A stretch of 64,000 nt of DNA, from NCBI GenBank assembly GCA_020891255.1, contig BQFW01000007.1, positions 2,728,001-2,792,000 on the forward strand. The letters are read 5' to 3'. Shown here one piece after another: positions 60,388 to 64,000 of this stretch (its first letter is position 1; each line of letters opens with the position of its first letter). This stretch comes from Entomortierella parvispora E1425. Lineage: Eukaryota > Fungi > Mortierellomycota. Made by a program: the position numbers and the translations under genes. The notes under the pieces are model-generated. The model was given only the letters and a program-made list of their open reading frames with translations. It ran no database searches and was not told the origin of the DNA.

Positions 60388-61136
60388 TTATGTTGGCTCG
60401 TTGAGAAGCAATTGCACAAAATAGCCAGCCCATTCGGCTTTCTTTTCTGTCTTCATCTTGGTTGTGACAATCCCATCGTCATCATTTTCTTCATTAGTTT
60501 TCATGAATGAAGATAAGAGATCCAAGATCTTCATTACACGCAAGCAGAGCATATTCATGAATAAACAGAGCAGGGCAGAGGAGCGATGAGGGGGATCAAC
60601 TGAGAGCCAGAGCAATCAGGATGATTCGTAGAATGTCAAGTCAAGTGCTAATTGGAGAGCGAGGCGGCGAGGGATGATCGGCTCGTCCACGTGGCCATGG
60701 TGTACCCCTTCCTCGAAAGAGAGGTGTCATCCATGTTCTCAGACACCGCAGGGTGTCCGCACACAAAACTTTGGCGATCATCAATAAAAGGAAAAAGGAA
60801 TCCGGTCTCCATGCCAAATATCTGCATGATTAAGGAAGAAAGGGAAGGTAAAGGAGACAATGACCCTCTGCTTCAAACAGCATTGTCAACAAACCGAACA
60901 GAAATAGGTGGCATGGTAAAATCGTAAAGAATTTATTGGGGGGGAGGGTGCCGTTGCTGGCGCCAGAGGCCCAGCCCCTCCAGGATCTCGGACCCGAGCC
61001 TCTTGTTCAGCTCGTCCTGCTCCTCCTCCTTCTCTCGTTCTCGCTTGCGCTTCCTCTGCTCCTTCTTTTTCCTCCTCCTCTCCTTGAGCGTATAGTTCAT
61101 GGACGGAATTTCTGGTTGCGTTGTGTCCTTGGGCAT
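60388..61136 (-). CDS. Possible small multi-exon hypothetical gene with a basic/acidic, NLS-like first exon
   Basis: ACCATG start of a 67-codon K/R/E-rich ORF (60933..61136), followed by candidate AG acceptors and short open frames to 60388. The structure is unresolved. Confidence 0.3.
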
Positions 61137-63500
61137 GGTGGGACAGCGAGTTTCTTAGTAGAGAGATGAGGAAGAAAGAAAAGAGGCGGACTGGGGGAAA
61201 TAAATATGGCAGGTTGTGTGGTGGCGTGCATCAGCGTTGGTGGGAGGCATCACATGGAATCAGAGGTAGTTAGTTGGATTACCCAAACTGATGGGTTGAA
61301 GATAGGCTCATCAAGTCTCTCCCTATCTTTCTATCTCTATCGCGCGCGCGCGCGAGAAGATCTCTCTCTGAAGCTATCATGGCTCAAAAATATCATTGAA
61401 ACGAAGTGAATACTTGAAGATAAATACTTCTCCCGATCATAGAAACACAAGCGACGGGATTTATGCAGGGAGAAGAAGACTGAAGAGTCAACATCGAGTT
61501 TTGACCGTATGGCAGGAATCTAGAATCAGGATTCTTCTCTCCACATCCGACACTGCATGCCCGTCAAGACTTTCTCCACTTTGTCTTTTAACTTCACTTC
61601 AGATGCCGGTTGTATCCTCCTTTTAAGTGAAAGGCTTTGGAGGGTTGATGATGAGCCTGAGAGTAAACAGAGTGAAGCAGAGCTTTAATATTTTATTCTT
61701 TTTTTTTCTTTTTTTTTTTATCCAGAAAGAGTAAGGACATCCACGTTCATGTTGAAGGCGCCGGTAAAATGCACGACGAGATAATCCTCTCATATCTTGC
61801 CTCCGCTTCCTCTATTACAAGAATTTAATTCGTCATGACAGTCTCCTCTCTCTGCTGAAATATCCTTCAGTATATGACATTGAGGCCGACATGTCCATAA
61901 TTTGTGTACCAGTGGCCACTAGCCGAGTACTCGAGTCACTACAGATGCAGGTGCACCGTGCCGTCTGAATCTTTCCACAGTGTCATTCACGTCGACGGTG
62001 ATGAAGACAGGCCTAGTGAGATAGAAGCTCCAGACAACCATGATCCATTATGGCGGAAACACAAGCGATGTATCGTGAGAAATACCCATTGCAGTCAATT
62101 GACGTATGATAATTCTTGATGCTTCGGCACTGGACTTTCATGACGCCCACGCCAACAGTGGAGGATTGGAGGATACTGTGAGCGCCAACCCCGAACTCCC
62201 AAAGTGAGGTGATCATCGTACCTGCTGTGCTTCCCCGTTGTATCCTCGGCGGCCTATCGATATCAACGGTTGGGAAGGGTAGGTGAAGATCCCCTCGTGT
62301 TTCCGTAGGATCGAGTGTGTGTCCGTAGTTACTACCCGGTGATCCTACGCTACAAATATCGGGGGCTGGTTGTTCATCCGACCTGTACCGTACATATTGT
62401 TAGTCGATCCACTGAAATGACATGCGATTTGGGGCGACCACCCAGTCTGGAGTCGCAAAATCGTGTGACAGAAGGTCCATCGTGTTGTCCTTGGATCGTA
62501 TGAAAGCTGCTGTGATCTTGGCTCCTGTCGCCAAAGAATGGTACTCCCAGAAGGGACTTGCCAGGTCCATTTGGAGGAGGATGAACGTGTGCCCCATATT
62601 TCGTCTACGTAGGGCAGGGTGGTTGTCGATCCCAACCATCTTGCCCCTCCCTTTGGCCTTGATGTCCAGAGACTAGATCGTTCTCAAGGCTATTTGCAGT
62701 TCCAGACAACTGACAGATCGGTGCTTTCCCTTTGTCGACAGCTGTCCTGATAAGGTGTTGGCCGTCGGAACAGTGTACCCAGCCCATGTCGCTCCCATCC
62801 TTGAAAACGTACTATTGTAGAAGTGGAGGCCGCTAAGAGCAGTCCTTGAAGTGGCTACACCACACAGTCCACTTCTACTGATGGGGTCACACTAGGCTTT
62901 CCTGAGAGCGAGAACGGTGTCCTTGAAGACAAGAAGGACCGGATCTGTAAGCGTGTCAGAGCGACCAAACAAGGAGGTTAGTTGTTGCTGGGGGACTGGG
63001 TTGGGAATCCACCAGTCTCTCGGCAAAGGTCTCGTACCTTGTCATTGACGAGTGACAGCATCATCTTGTGAGTGTTGGTGTCGAAGCTGAGGCACCCGAC
63101 GACCTGATTGGACTTTGACTCGGGTTATTAGAGTGGGAACAGGACATTAGTTCAGGCTCACAAGTCTCGCCCAAGGACGTGTTGGACAGTGGGCACAGGC
63201 CAGCAAGCTTGAAAGTCCGGTCCGAAATTGTCGTAATGTCAACAGGTGCCAGGCGAGGATCTGGGCCATCATCCTCATCCGATCCTTTAAAAGACGCGCT
63301 AACACACGGATTTGGGGACTTGGCAAAAGAACATTCCGTTGTGGCTAGAGCTCTGGAGCCAAGATGACCAAGGCACGAGAAGACACAAAAGTTGGAGGCC
63401 AGTGTAAAGAGAGTCGATCTGATCTCAGACTGGATTGGTGGCGTGCAGACGAGGAAACAGGAGACGGAGACTCAAGTTGTGCAGGAATGGAATGCATGAG

Positions 63501-63589
63501 AGGGACAAGGACGCATGTGAGGGGACAAGGACGCATGTGAGGGGACAAGGACGCATGTGAGGGACAAGGACGCATGTGAGGGACAAGGA
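63501..63589. repeat. 19-20-bp minisatellite, about 4.4 copies
   Basis: (G)GGGACAAGGACGCATGTGA repeated head-to-tail. Confidence 0.92.
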
Positions 63590-64000
63590 TGAGAAGAACA
63601 AGAATGCATGAGAAGGACAATGAACAATGAGGGGCGACATGCAAGTGCAGACAAGAGACAAAAGGGATGCCAACGATGGTCCTGGGGTGGAGTGGAGGCC
63701 GGGAGGGAGAAGGGGCCACACACACGAAAAAGGGGAAGCTCGCCTTGCAAAAAAACACAAAAACGTGTCTTGGGTGCTTACCGGCGTCCCGGCAGCTTTT
63801 GGCGTTGCGCCCGCTGATCACGCAGGCCTGGCTGATACAGCCTCCCCCATCCAACCGCAATCCCTACGGCCCAATAGGACACTCCATACCATTCTATGTC
63901 TCCTCTTATGTATTTATAGGCGTATTCTGCGGCCAAAAGACATTTGCGGTACCAGGGTGGAATTTGGTAAAATGATTTCAATCGAGGTGCAAAAACAGTC

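Overview
Eukaryotic, intron-containing fungal DNA. The gene families and intron signals point to early-diverging Mucoromycota, most likely Mortierellaceae; this is inferred and no database search was run. The window opens with the 3' end of a Ty3/Gypsy LTR retrotransposon (integrase tail, PPT, 500-bp 3' LTR). Next come a ferric reductase with paired ATCWGATAA motifs upstream, tRNA-Ser(AGA), a DUF4246-like protein, an 11-finger zinc-finger protein, an orphan coiled-coil protein, MIA40, an atypical septin, gamma-tubulin and UBR1. Accessory defence- or effector-type genes are interspersed. (i) A ~3016-aa helical-domain-NACHT-HEAT NLR-like gene has a 579-bp higher-order repeat and a nearly perfect recent duplication. 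(ii) An intronless secreted metzincin protease is fused to both a bulb-type lectin and a ricin-B lectin; it sits with an NLR tail relic between two diverged direct repeats. (iii) A Crinkler-type Ubl-NTPase-nuclease gene follows. (iv) A decayed NACHT NLR has had its repeat region deleted. Exon joins were worked out by hand from GT/GC-AG sites and frame continuity. Family names rest on recognised motifs only.
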